Below are positions 44,767-58,900 of a DNA stretch of 64,000 nt, in pieces; position 1 is the first letter of the stretch, and the number at the start of each line of letters is the position of its first letter. Below the pieces are notes generated by a model. That model was not told the origin of the DNA, did no database searches, and saw only the letters and a program-made list of their open reading frames with translations. Source of the DNA: the human T2T-CHM13v2.0 reference genome, Homo sapiens; the NCBI RefSeq assembly GCF_009914755.1, contig NC_060928.1; one strand, 5' to 3'. Made by a program: the position numbers and the translations under genes.

Positions 44767-46839
44767 AGAAAGAACATGTGCATATAAAGATGATGTAGGT
44801 ATATGGAAAGGCTATGGTGAGGACTCAAAACATGGGTGATACAAGGAACACATACCAGAAGTGTTTTGTCTGAAAATAAGCCTGACTCAAAAAAATCTCC
44901 CAATATGCTAGCCTAAAAAATTGCAAACATTTGCTAAGTCGGTTTTAATGACAAACGTTTATTTTAAAAAGAAATCAGAATAGCTATCTTCCTCACTGGA
45001 AAAAAAAAAGGAATAATTGATCTTTTTTTTGCTACTTATTCTAGAGTCCCATAAGAAAACATATTTACATACTTTGTGAGTTATGCCTCACTCTCCCCAC
45101 AAGTACAAAATAAAGTAAAAAGCGTTTTTATTACATTTCATCTAGAAGGTGGACATGAGAATGACACGAACATTCTTCAGCAAGAGCTTACAGTGTCCAT
45201 TTTGCTGGTACTGTTCCCATACCCATTCAAAAATATTTTCAATCAAACTAGAAACAAGAAGGCTTACTTGAGAAAGAAGGCTTATTGATGCATTAGATTC
45301 CAAAACCCAGCTTGGGTTGAGATGTCCCTAGGAGACATCCACATCCTGTCACAAAGTTAAATAGATCAAGAATATAATGAACACATTTGCTAAACAACTC
45401 TTATGAACATGTTATTTATGGTACCTCTCAAGCCCAATATTTTGCTTCCTTAACATTGTCATGAGTTTACATATTTCTTAACCCACAGGCTTATGCTGTT
45501 CTTCTTCTTACATTAAAAGGAATACCTATCCAAAACTTCTTCAGATTTACTTGCTGAAGTCATGCAAGTCTGGAAGAAGACAAAGGTGGAGTGATAATTC
45601 CAAAAGTAAGGATAATACCTTTGGCTTTAAGTGTCCATTCAGTAGAAACCCTGAGACCTCAAGTTCTTTTTCTTCTCTTTGTAGGGTTCTAGGAAGACTT
45701 ATATTCTTCTAATTAACATTTATAATTTCCACACAGATGCCACTTTTCACTTCAAGTCTTGGTTGCTTCCCCCACCAAGCCTCCCAGTGTTGTCGTCTGC
45801 TCCCTTGCCCACCCCATTGACCCAAATTGGAGCAGCCAGGACTGCTGTGTTCACTAAGGCAGAGAGAATCCTCTTCTACCTACTGCTTACATCTTCCAAA
45901 AGACAATCTGCATCTCCCAGTTTTCTGTAACTCTTTCTTTTGTGGAACATGGGACAAATTCTCCCAGTGATAGAACAGATGACTTCTGAGTAAATAGAAA
46001 GCATCCTACTCAAAAGTGTGTCTTATTTATCAACAAGAATGGAGCCTCAGTTTATATTCCCCCCTTGCACCACTTCTGTCCTGTGTAGAAATTTCTGCCC
46101 AATAGGTGGGTGGCTTTCAAAAGTTAGGGAAATATTTTCTCTCCTTTAATTTTTATGAGTTTTAATTATTTTGTGTTAGGATCCAATTTTAGTTCACAGA
46201 CCTATGTCTCTGTTTTCCTGGGTTGTCTGGTGGTGTACTTTATTAGAAAATAGAGTTCAAGCTGGGCATATGCAGTCAGATCTCCTTATCTGGATGTATG
46301 CCTGATATTCATGTAGAGTGGAATCCTTTAAAAATCCTCGTAATGAATGGAAGGAGAAATATGTCATAAATTAACCATGGGATCAAATTAACTCTATGGT
46401 GATATTTTGGGAAATACAACCTGGCCTATTTATCCACTAATCTGTTTAATTTAGAGGGCTTATAATACTTTCAGAATCAGAATAGCCAAGCTTTACAGAT
46501 AAAAGAAAGATGCATGGCTCATTTAAATAACTTCACCCATGTTGCCAGTAATGAGCGTCAAATGCCATAAGGTGCAGCGGCTGAGCTGACAGGCTCCTCA
46601 CTGCCTGAGAACATGCAGGCAGAGCTTTTCAGCCAGGTGTCCAAAGGTTTCCCAGTGAAAGCTAAACAGATCCTCACACAACAATGCAACTTTTTTTTTT
46701 CTAGCAGAAAAAAATAGATCAAAACATTCCACAGCTACAACCTTTGAAATTAGATAATGAGATTCAAAGAGGAAGTCAGTTATTGTATGAGAAAACCATT
46801 AAAGAAAATTTTGAGGCTCAAGCTCATCCTACTAGCATT

Positions 46840-46875
<36 letters not shown>
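46840..46875. repeat. (ATG)12 trinucleotide repeat
   Basis: Perfect run. Confidence 0.97.
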
Positions 46876-46877
<2 letters not shown>

Positions 46878-49800
46878 AGTGTTGTGTTGGTTTAGCACTT
46901 TATATTTACAGGGTGCACTTTCTCTCACTTTGTATAATTATCACAACCCATTGTACAGATAAGAAAACAAGATTTTGATTAAAAAAAAAACAGCTTTCAA
47001 AAAAAGGGAAATAAGAAAAGGAAAGCCAGATTTTTTTTTTTCCTACAGTGTGGTTACAGAAAACATGTGTCAATTTACGGTAGTTTGCAAGAAGTTTTTC
47101 CCTCACAATCTTGTGAAGTGTCATAAGTATATATTAATCTCTGAACCAACCAAAGAAATTTCTCAAGGCTTTTTACCTTGGGAAGAGTGTCCAGGTCTAG
47201 AACTTGTCCCCAGCCACTGGGAGTTCCTCCCTTAACTTGTATCAAAAGTCATTAAAAGCCCATTTCTAGTTCTGCCTCTAAGTTAAAATCAGAAGCAATG
47301 GAATCCAAAGACAGGTTGGAGATTTTAGGTAAATTCAATTCTGGCAGGTCTGCTTAAAATTTGGGCATTTTCCCTTTCACTCCCAGGTTTCATCCTTGTT
47401 TTCAAGCATTATTGGAACCATATTTGTTTATCCAAGAAATATATTTCAAGCATCCTGTCCCTTTCTTTTATATTTGAAGATACATGACTGCAGATTCATA
47501 TATTATTTTCATAATTTTCTCATAGTACTTGGACTATAACTTGGTTATATATAACTTTCATTTAACATTCATTTTGGAATCTTAATATCATTCTCACTTA
47601 GGCAATTATTTTTCCTTTGCCTACAAGATTTTAAATGACCTTTGGTCACTAACTTTCTACTTCTTCAACTCTCCCAGAATATAAAAGCACACTTTCATGC
47701 TCATGGAGTTCCTCATGTTCATCAATAGTGGTTTTCTGTTTCCTCAAAGCAGTGAGTCAGTCTGTTCATTTCTCTTATAGTAATTCTTCTTTTCATATTC
47801 TTGGCAATAGTAGTTGAACAAAAAGGGAACTTGACATATATCTCAGGCTCTTTCACTAAATAATATCTGTTTTATTCAGTCACACCCTTCACATCCCATA
47901 AAGTCATAAAGAAACCAATTTCCTGCTCCTGGAAAGGGAATCTACCTTATTGTTCTTAGGCTAACTTCATTCAGTGTGAAAACAAGAGAAGCCTTCACTC
48001 CCTGTCATTGGCTCACGCTTGTGTTAACCAAATAGAAATTTTCTTATATTTTTTCCCTTTCTATCAATATCTCAGCAAAAATGTGAAGGTCTTTGTTTTG
48101 TTTTAAATATAGGGTTTCTTTCTGCAGAATGCTATTGTGTAAATAGTAGCTCAGCAGGGATTCCACCTGGAAACTAAACCATGTTTACTCAAAGAATCAA
48201 ATATTTGAAATACCTGCAGAGGACAATTGAGGAGGATATGCCAGTGGTCTATTGGGATAAAGAATGGAGACTCCTGGGGGCTGTTCTAGGAGAATTTACC
48301 CGGGGGAGAGAATCAAGTAACAGTGGCTTGATCCAAGTGTGGTGCTTTTAGCTCAAAGAGGAGGAGTTAGTCTGATGACAGTATCGTTCCTGACACCAGC
48401 TGGAGCTCTGCTCTAGTCTTCAAATAACTCTGAGGTGAGGGAGGGAAAATTAAAAGTAGAAAGTACAGGGCAATTGTTTTCATTAGACATATTTGAGTTT
48501 AGGTCCAGAATCTAAATCCCATTAGCTGTACAATCATGAGAAAATTGTTTAGCTGCATTGAACTCCAGTTTCCCCATCTGTAGAGGGGTAAAGATGAAAT
48601 GAGCTAATGAATAGAAATACTTTGCAAAAATGCTGGCCAAGAGTAGGTGCTCAATACACAGCAGCTAAAACCTGAACAACGACAAAGTGAAAGGACTCTG
48701 ATCCTCCGGCAAACACTGGAATTGCAAGCTAAAGTTGGAAAAGAAGAAGTCTCTTCACCTCAGTCGCAAGAGCAATAGTGTTTGGTTGCATTTGGAGTTC
48801 TCGAAGACATATTCCACATTGAGCACACTTGGCACAGTGAGTGGTACCCAAAGGTGCTCCTAAGAGTGGTACAGCAAACTTTGAGAAACAAGGACAGTTT
48901 GAGCACCTGAAAACTTTCAGCAGTCAATAACTTCATGACACCAGGATGGGTAAGACCAAATAGTAGCTTCCATACAAGAACTGAGAGATTAAGCTTAAGA
49001 GTGTACATTTGATACTCCCCTGCAGACTCTGAGAACTATTTGTAGGGGAATTATAGGGATAAATCGATGTATATTCAGTGTTACCATGTCTCATGAAACC
49101 AAACAAGTTGTTTACTACTGTTGCTTTCTAGAAAATTCTATGTTGTGATTTTTATACCTTCATGGAACACTTTATACCCCATCCTCAAGAAATCCATGAG
49201 TCTCTCATAATCCATATGAGAGAAAACACATAGATACATAAGTGATCATAAAAACAAAATGATAAAGTCTATAAATGACATATAAAGAAGATAAAGATGT
49301 AGGACAAAGCAGGGAGGGGGCTGAGTAACGCCATGTGGGACTAGAGAGGGTGAAAAGGTTTCAAAACCAGAAAGGTTTGAATTGGGATAAAAAAGGCAGT
49401 TCATCAAATGGGCAAAGAAGCAAGGATTTCCAGAAAGAGTAAACAGCATGTGAAATGATAGCACAGGAAACTTCATGGTTTGTTAAAGGCTTATGGGTAG
49501 CTAGAACACAGGGTGCACTTTGGGAAATAGCAGAATGTATAGAAGACACTAAAACACTACAGGAAAAATATGTACGAACTTGGCTTTCTATCCTGATACA
49601 ACTTTGTGAATTTAGGCAATGTTTTAAAATTTCTATGAGCCTTAATTCCTCATCTGGAAAATGTGGATAAAAGACAGTCATATTTAAGTGTTGTTGTAGG
49701 TAGAAAACAAAATAAAATATTTACCCCAATAGGTATTTACCCCAACAAGTATTACATCCTTCTTCTAATGTTTTGTTCTAAATGTGACAGAAGCTATATC

Positions 49801-50440
49801 TTGGAGGAATGTATATATGATGCAAAGGCATTTGGTTTCAATGATGTGTGCAAAGAGATCTACTTTTAAGTTTTAACCACTTTTAGGTTTTCAGTACATT
49901 AGTAAGATCTATGTTGATAGAATGAAGAAAAGGAAAAAAGTCCAAAGATATAATAAAGGCAGATTAGACCTTCCCTTAGGAAAAGTCCAGAGTGAACGAA
50001 AGATGGCACTATTCTGTGAATGGTGCCACCTGAGTGGTGCAGCATGGTGGCCCTGAAGGAATCCAGGATTCCCCCAAGTTTGGATGATTGGGTGCCTAGT
50101 GATTCATTCACCAGCATAGAAAATGTGTGTGTGGTGGCCAGGGTGGGGGAGGGATGACAAGCAGATATAGCAGGAAATATATTGAATTCACTTCAGGAAA
50201 GACTGAGTGGAAAGAAAGTACATGTAGAAAAGCACTCCATGTTTAGTAAGTACATGTGTCTGGAGTCATTGTCATATATTTTGTAGTTTAATGAGCCCAG
50301 GACAGATCCTTGAGTAACACTAATGTAGCACAAGCAGGTGATGTAAGGGAAGCCAGTGAAGGTGAGTGAGAAGGAGAGACCAGAGAAAAAAAGCGGGGAG
50401 GGGTGGTGAGGGTGTCCAGGAATTAATATTATAGATGTCG

Positions 50441-50777
<337 letters not shown>

Positions 50778-51944
50778 CTAAATAGTGTCAAATGCAAATA
50801 AAAAGACAAGTGAAAAGTAAAATGCAAAATGACCATTGGATTTATCCAGATAGAGGTTATTAATGGTGTGATAGCAGAGGGAAAGTTTTGGATGCTGTGA
50901 TCAATGAGCTTGGCTATGTTGTGTAAGAGTGAGTTCAAACATTACCCATAAAAGAAGATGGGGTCTCGTATATGTTTGAAGTGGAGGAGAATGGTACATA
51001 TTTTGAGCTGGTGAGAGGTGATGGAGAGATTAGAGATACAGGAACCCCCACACTGTTAAGTGATTGGTCTTATCATACAGTGGTGGTTTTCAAACTCAAC
51101 TCGGTCCTCACTACTACTCTGCAACTCATTTTCGTTTTACTTATCTATTCTGTCTCCCTACCTTCCAATAGTCATTTCATATCTTCCCCAATTCCCTTAA
51201 GCCTTGGGTCTCACCTCTTACCCTCTCAGTCTCTGTAGATGTCTTTACCTCATACTTCACAAAGAAAATAGAAAACATCAGCTAAGAATCTGCTGCCCTT
51301 TGCCTGGAAGTGTGAAGTGCAGGAGAATGAGCAAATTTCCTCAATGAGGTCGTAGGAAAATCAGTATCTTAGAGAGAGAGACATAAATTTCAGTGAAGTC
51401 CCAAAAGGAGACATAACCTGTAGCTAAGAGGAAGGTAATAAGGATGTAGAAGAGGTTTTTACCATGTAAAGGAGGACCAAGAAGTCGAATGAACAGAATT
51501 GCAAAGAAGGTCAGTCATGAGCAAATAGGTCTTAGAAGATGATAATGGGAGGATATGAGGATGAGGGTACCAGAGGGAATTGATATTGTCACCATGAAAT
51601 TTCTTTCTGAGGTTAGACAAGAAGGTGGCTGGAAAAAGCACATATTTCCATGAAGGAATAAATTTCTAGTTGGGAGTTGGAGGTGTATATGTGAGGGCTT
51701 CGAGTTGGGATGAGAAGAGCAGAAGAAAACAGAAGAAAGAGGCCTTATTTGACCTCATAACCATTAGTACACATTCATCTGTAACTCCAAAAATAAAGAC
51801 AACCTGTTCAGGAAGAAGTGAGTTTTTAGACACGAAAAAGTGACTAAATGCAGAAAGCACACAACACTGTTCATGACATGAATGAAAGAAAGAGGTACAG
51901 GAGTATCCACAGCATATTAAGTGAAGAGGGTAAGTTAATAAGAC

Positions 51945-51946
<2 letters not shown>

Positions 51947-51982
<36 letters not shown>
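51947..51982. repeat. (GT)18 microsatellite
   Basis: Perfect run. Confidence 0.97.
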
Positions 51983-51986
<4 letters not shown>

Positions 51987-53001
51987 CACAGAGGTATCCC
52001 AAATGCTAAGAGATGGTCTCTATAGGTGGTGAGCCTACTGGTGGTTTCAGAGGCAGTTCTGTGTTTAGTGAAGTCTGAGGCCTATACAATTCTGGGATTT
52101 CCTTTAAAAGAAAAAAGAAACAAATTTATGGATGCAAATTAGTTATAAAAGTAAATATTTGTTTAAGGGAGGCCACACTCCATTATCTCCACAATGAATC
52201 TGTCTCTACATGATTTTTATAGTTTTCTGTGTTTATCCATATACATTTTCAACACTGAGTAAGAACTTCTTTAGAAAGAAGAACTAATGTTATTTTTATA
52301 AAGAAGTATAAATTACTTTTTAAAATGCCAGCCATGCTCTCAAACTACTCACATTCTCACATTAGATTTTTTTTTTTAGTAAGAATCATGAAAGATAGTT
52401 TTTAATTGGGAGGATTACAGAGTTTAAGAGTTCATGTTGTCATAGGATGCATGTCAAGAAAGTCATCTGTAAAATTCCTAGCTTGAGCCTACCCTTGAAT
52501 TTTATTTGCTTATATAAAGCACCATAGACAAATACCCTGAAACGAGTGGAAGTTCAAAGTCAAACAACTCCTTTAATCAATGAAACCTTGCTTTTTCTTA
52601 CAAAAATACAAAACGAAACAAAAACAACTACAAAAAATCATCGACATGAGTTGTGCTGATCTTGGTAACCCAATTTAAATGGGTTACTTCTTCCCAGGAA
52701 AGAGTTGTCCCTGCATTAAACATTCTTTCTAGTAGCATGATCTCCTCACCTTCTTGTAGTCACAGCTGCCTGGACACTTTAAAGTGGAAAGTGCCAGCAA
52801 ATTCTTCTGCTGAAGAATTTCTTTAGTAACAGGAAGTGGCTGTGTGAGAGAAGTTTTATACTGCTTCAGTTTATCCTCTCAGCTGACAAGGAAGTACATG
52901 ACTGACGGTAAATGACTTGGGGACTGTCTCCACAAATTCTTCTTGATGAATAAACTGCTGAAGGGTACATCGAGATAAGGAGAAAAAAGGTGTTTTCTTA
53001 C

Positions 53002-53122
53002 CTTCAGAGAACATAGATTTCTGTGAGTTGGCATGGCCTCTGGGGTGAACCGTTTTGGATGAGGAGACGCATTTCTCTCAATCAGATCCTGGATTTTTTT
53101 GTCCAGCTCCATGCTTTCACAT
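53002..53122 (-). CDS. TNIP3: TNIP3 upstream exon of long isoform (CESMELDKKIQDLIERNASPHPKRFTPEAMPTHRNLCSLK)
   Basis: Acceptor tctttctgggcag| at 53123-53124, donor AAG|GTAAGA. The phase-0 end joins in frame to the acceptor at 34469. Strong-Kozak ATG (AGCATGG) at 53112. Confidence 0.85.
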
Positions 53123-53830
53123 CTGCCCAGAAAGACATGGGAAAGTTACATTATACAAAGGTAATTAAAAATTATTCAGGCGTAGAGTGAGTTTATGGAT
53201 GACATGGAGGTGTTATTTATGTATGATACTTCTCTACGATCTCCCAAACTCTAATCTCATTATGTTTTCATTAGTCCATGCCATGAGAGCACTTTGAAAG
53301 AGCATTAGAGTTTAATTTTCACTTACAAAGGAAGATACGGACAAGTTTAGGAATTTTCAGTCTGAGAACAATGGCAAGAATTGAATCGAACACTCACGGT
53401 GAGCCAGGTTCTTTCACGCATTTTCTTATTCAATGTGCACAGCAACCTATTAAAGTAGTCACTGTCCCAGGCATTAGACAGGTAAGTAAACTTGAGTTTA
53501 GGAAGTTAACTAATTTACTAACTTAAGTGAAGTCAAACTGAAACATCGGCAGGGCCAAGATCAAACTCAGACCTGTAGAATTCTACAGTCTGCCTCAACC
53601 ATTTTTGCTGTATGTCTTCAATTAACCTGAAAACAAATCCCTAAGCAGCTACTTGCCACCACATGGAAATAATATATTACAGCTGAAGAGTATCTGGAAG
53701 CCCCCTTAGGAGAATCTAGTCCAGCTGCTTCCCAGAGGGAGTTGCTCATAGTCACATGGCCATTAGCTGATAATGCCAAAATTAAACCAGAGCTTCCTAC
53801 TCAAATCAAATTTTTATTTTTCCTTTATAC

Positions 53831-54374
53831 CAGGGGTCCCCAACCCCCACTGCCAGTCTGGCCTGTTAGGGCCACACAGCAGGAAGCGAGAGGCAGGCAA
53901 GTGAGCAAAGCTTTATCTGTATTTACAGCCCCTCCCCATGGCTCACATTACTCCCTGAGCTCCACCTCCTGTCAAACCAGCAGTGGCATTAGATTCTCAT
54001 AGGAGCGCAAATCCTATTGCGAACTGCACATGTGAGGGGTCTAGGTTGTGAGAACATTATTGTGAACTGCACATGTGAGGGATCTAGGCTGCCTGCTCCT
54101 TATGAGAATCTAATGCCTGATGATCTGTCACTGTTTCCCATCACCCCCAGATGGGACCATCTAGTTGCAGAAAAACAAGCTCAGGGCTCCCATTGATTCT
54201 ACATTATGGTGAGTTATGTAATTATTTCATTATATATTACAATATAATAATAATACCAATACAGTGCACAATCAATGTAATGTGCTTGAAACCATCCTAC
54301 CCCCTGCCCCAGTCCATCGAAAAACTGTCTTCCATGAAACCAGTGCCTGGTGCCAAAAATGTTGGGGACTACTG
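53831..54374 (+). mobile_element. MER1A hAT-Charlie DNA transposon
   Basis: TIRs caggggtccccaac / gttggggactactg; 8-bp TSD ctttatac / ctttatat. Confidence 0.93.
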
Positions 54375-54689
54375 CTTTATATGATGTTGGCATAATGGAG
54401 AAATTATCTGATTAAAAACAACTCACAAGGAAAAATGCATTAATTGTGTGATTTTTTTTTCTTTCTCTCTCTCTACATATGTATATTTTTTTGCCTGACT
54501 TATCATATCTCACCCCCTGAAAATAACCTCTTGGATTGAGGGAGGAGTTCTTGCAGGAGTACTTCTCAAAGTTGTCTCCAAATAAAATAAATAACCAGAT
54601 GAATGGCCTAATCAAATGCCTGTATGGCAGAGGTTGCTAGGGTTGTCTGCTCAATCCACCACCCTTGTTGAGAGTAGCTCACAGGAGTA

Positions 54690-55025
54690 GGCTCTGACAG
54701 CCATGTTTCCATTGATATGACTTGAACTTGCCTTTTGGTTATAACTGATTGGACCAAGAGTAAACAATTGATCCCAGTTTGGCCAGTGGGATTCTCCTCT
54801 GTGTCTGGAGTGAGCTGAGAATGAATCATATGGGTAGAGAAATGCGGAGCTGAGAGATGGAGAGAGTCCTGACAATTTTCTGGTTTAGAATCAGCCCCTT
54901 CTAAGGCCTGACTACCTTCCAACTTTCAGATTCTGTGAAACACTCCATGTCATTATAATGAATTCTCTCATTATTTTTAAAGCTAGCTTTGCTTGGTTTC
55001 CGTTATCTATAATCAAAAATCCCTA
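54690..55025 (+). mobile_element. Old MaLR LTR fragment (MLT1-type)
   Basis: gagctgagagatggagagagtcctga...ttaaagctagc..tgcttggtttc.gtta.ct.taatcaaa. Confidence 0.55.
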
Positions 55026-55449
55026 TATATGCACCTTGACTTTCATATTTATATTGTTTCTTTCAGGCTGTGAAATATCTGTACATCATGTGTCATTTAT
55101 GATCCCATTGTAAAATATGGGCTACTGGGCCTACAGCAAATCCTTCATGGTGCAAAAGGTTGCATATGCATAACAATGAGTTTGGACCTATCTTCAGGTT
55201 TTTTCCACAAACCTGTGAGGAGGAAAGTCACAAAATTTGTTTAGTAACTGCCTTAAATCCTTCAGGTTAATTAGATTCCCAAGTAGCAACAGAATTGGAC
55301 TAGTCTAAATGTTAAGCTCTTGAGGCAGCTTTCGGACCTATTCTGAACCAGACTTGCCTGCCAAGATGTCACAAGACTTTCTGGTCCTACATCCCTCTGT
55401 GACAGAAAAGTTACTGAGCCACTTCAATCCCAGGCAGGATCATTTGGAG

Positions 55450-55922
55450 ATAAAACTCATCACGATCTACAAGTCCTCAAATGATCTCGTTTCCTTGCTA
55501 TCTTTCTAATCTCACCTTCTACTCTCTTCCTTCATGCTCTTTTTCTTCCAGACACGTTTGCATCGTCAAACTTTATGGAACATGCCAAGCAGTTCCCACT
55601 CCAGGCCTTGGTGTTTGCTCTTCCTCTGCAAAACTTGCTATCCCACTTCATTCAGTGCTGGCTTAAATGTCACTTTATGGCGAAAGCCTCTGCTGACTAA
55701 CCTATCTGAACTAGATTTCTGAGCCCCATCACTATTGTCCCTTAATTCTGTTTTATTTTCTTCTTTGAATTTTTTATTATTTTGATTTCTTATTTGTTTA
55801 CTTTTCTCCTCCCTTGCCCCATCTATGTCCCAGGAAAGAGGAAAGGCCTTTGTCTGTGTTTATTCACTGCTCAGTCTCTTAGCACACAGTAGGACATCAA
55901 TAAGGATTTGTTATTGAATAAA
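55450..55922 (+). mobile_element. L2 3' fragment
   Basis: Ends tagcacacagtaggacatcaataaggatttgttattgaataaat. Confidence 0.7.
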
Positions 55923-58900
55923 TATGACTCCAGGAAGAGATTTAACTCAAAATACCTAATTATTAACTCAAATCTAACCAATAAATTAAGTGCTTACCTA
56001 AAATGTATGTAAATAAACTCAAACTCATAGGACTGATAAAGTGGAAACACAAATCAGTAAGCAAGGAAACACTAGCAGCAGCTTCAGAATGGACACTCAA
56101 GCTCAGCTGGTATTGCCCTCATGGCTGCCTTGTTCTTTTTTACTTGTATTATATGTGTTCTTTGATATTAAACAACAATTGAGTATCCATTATTGCAAGG
56201 TACTGACTTTTCACAGAAATAATCACATGCAGTCATCACTGTTAAAATTGTTTCAACTTCAGTGGCAAGCATGTTAGAAGCCAGCAGTTACTGTTCCCTC
56301 TTCATTTGGACAGAGTGGTGAAGGATCAGCCTCAGAGCTGGGGCCCTGCGTCCTCTCACGTGAGCCTGGTTCAGCACACGTCCCTCAGGACCACAACCAA
56401 AGAGGGACGGGCCCTCATGAGGATAGTGGTTTTCTGGGCTTGGCGCACAGTGAGACTGAGCGTGGTGACTACAGCTTCACTAACTTCAGCCACTGCAGAA
56501 AGAGGAGAAGTGGCAGCAAAGAAAAAGAGAACCATATGGTGGTGACCAGACGTGGGGGGGTTTGGTCACACCTATGGAGAGAGTGGGCGTCAGTGTTGAC
56601 CGCTGTGGGAGGGATACGTTTTGAGCACTCAGGAATCCAGCTGGGAACTGAAAGCACACAGGAGGGGTGGAGCTCCAGGGATTGTAGCACAGTAAGGACT
56701 TGCACTCACTGTCTTTTCTCATTGCCAATATGATTGACATTGTCACTGTCACTATAATGAATATGCCTCAGAACTTGCATATGAACCCTCTGAAAGAAGC
56801 ATTGTGATGCAGTAGAAAATCAACATGCTTTTAGAGTTGAACATAACAGTGGGACCTAGTGTAAGTCCTTTAGCTTCTATGAACCTTTTTGGCCTGTTTT
56901 GTAAATGGAGGAAAACAATGTAATGCTGTGAGGCTGACAGTAGGATTAGTGATGCCATATGTACAATGCTTAGCACAGTGCCAGGCATGCCACAGATGCT
57001 CAGTGATCGATACTATTGTTATTATTCTGAGGGTGTGGAATAGTTACCAAACATTCTAACAAACAAGTTTGGAAAGTAGGAGCCATAAATTTAGTATACC
57101 ACCATAAAGAAAAGAAAAGCACAAAAAATGTTCATTGGGTTCAAAATATTCTCAAGAAGTTTAGTCACACCTCAAATAAATGAGAATTATGTCACCTACT
57201 TGGGCTTTATAACATTCTTAGGAAACCTTTTAGATTATTCTTTAATTAATATAGGAATTTGTACATGAAAATATTTTACATTCTCTTTTGAATTAGTGAA
57301 ATCAATATGTTTCATAAATTTCGATTTGACCTAGATTTATTTCACAGAAGAAAGTGCTTATCAAAGTTCATTTTTTCCTATAAAGCTCAACATTCTGACA
57401 ATTGAGAGGCAGAATTAACTAAAGTTGGAAAATCCTCCTTTTTTCTTGAGATCACTTAATAATTGCATCCAACAGTGTTGTGCTCTTAATACAATACTAT
57501 GACCTGAGGGTAAAACAAACAAACAAAAAAAACACCCTACCAAACTTTTAAACACCAATAGAACAGATCCTATATAACCCTTGCATTAGTTCTGTGGGTA
57601 CATAGTTGTTCCCACCTTGGGATCTGTTCCAAGAATCTGCTCAACTGATTGAGAGTTATGGCTCCAATGATCTCTGCTCTGGGCCCTACCTCTTACTCAT
57701 ACATATTTTTCAGATAGTAAGCTTGAGCGTCAGTGAGGCTAAGCAGTGAGGCTAGACACCTTCTCCCAGGTCACTTGACTCATGAAGAGCAGGGTAAGAT
57801 TTCATGCTGAAGCTTGTGACTTTTTACTCTACATCTGGGATCTTAGTGACCTCAGCCATTGTTAATAAAGAAGGACCATGGAGGGCTATGCTATTTCCAA
57901 AGAATTTGTTTTAGGTTTTCCATTTTGACAGGCATTTCTGCTCTAGTTCTAAAGAAAACAACTATAGGTCCCTCCAACTGAAATGTAGCTGATTTGTAAA
58001 GTCAGATGTTCAGAGAGGCTTGGGAGATAAGATATAGGGATCAGGTCTATCTTTTATATTTTTGACCAAAGTCCATGGATGGGATTCAATCAAATTAAAT
58101 ACAGAATAATATGTGTGCTATGTGTTTATCGTCTCTTCCTGAAGATAGGGTCTCTAACAAGTTCTGGACCTCTCAAAAGCTTAAAAGCCCTGACACAACT
58201 TTAGTTACTTTCACATGTGACTACTTTTTTTGGTCTAAGAGTACACTTTTACTATGTTTTCTTTCTTTCCTTTTTTTTAACCATCCAGGAATTATAAAAA
58301 TTCAGAAATGACTCTTTGAACCAAATACTATTACTAAAATCTTGATTTAAGGGGGCCTCTTGACTAAATTATAAATGAACAGGGAATTATGGAGGCAATA
58401 TTATTAGGCAAAGAGTTTGAGGTGAGAGTAACAGAAATTAATGAAATTCAGTAAATATCTGTTGGGTCTTGGCTTCTTCACAGCTTATTTTAAACTTACA
58501 TGGACAGAAATCTCCTTCCTTCCTGCCCTTCACTCACAAGAATAAATCAACATAGAAATTAAATAGAAATGATATTAATATGAATTAGATGTTATCAATA
58601 GGATAGTAGGTTTCACCAATTTGACAATGAAACTTAAAAAAAAAAACTCTCCCCTAAGTTATATATTATTGTGAACTGTTTTTCCCAGACTAACATTGGG
58701 AAATAACGGTCTGCCCTGTAATCTCTGTGAGCAGCCAGAGAGGACACAGGAAGAGATCAATGATTTTCAGGTGTTTGGAGCCCTCATATTTTTGTTACTT
58801 GTTCAAAGGTCTCCAGTACAGAAGTCTCCAAAAAATTATCTAAAGGGTCCAATATGTTGTTGAATGTCATTGTTTAATGAGCTCATCTAAAGTTTATTTA

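Noticed and set aside
46744-46962. ORF with a poly-Met run
   Set aside because: Translation of the (ATG)12 microsatellite, antisense in an intron, with no supporting splice or promoter context
53742-54384. ORFs in MER1A as a transposase remnant
   Set aside because: MER1A is non-autonomous and the peptides show no hAT transposase motifs
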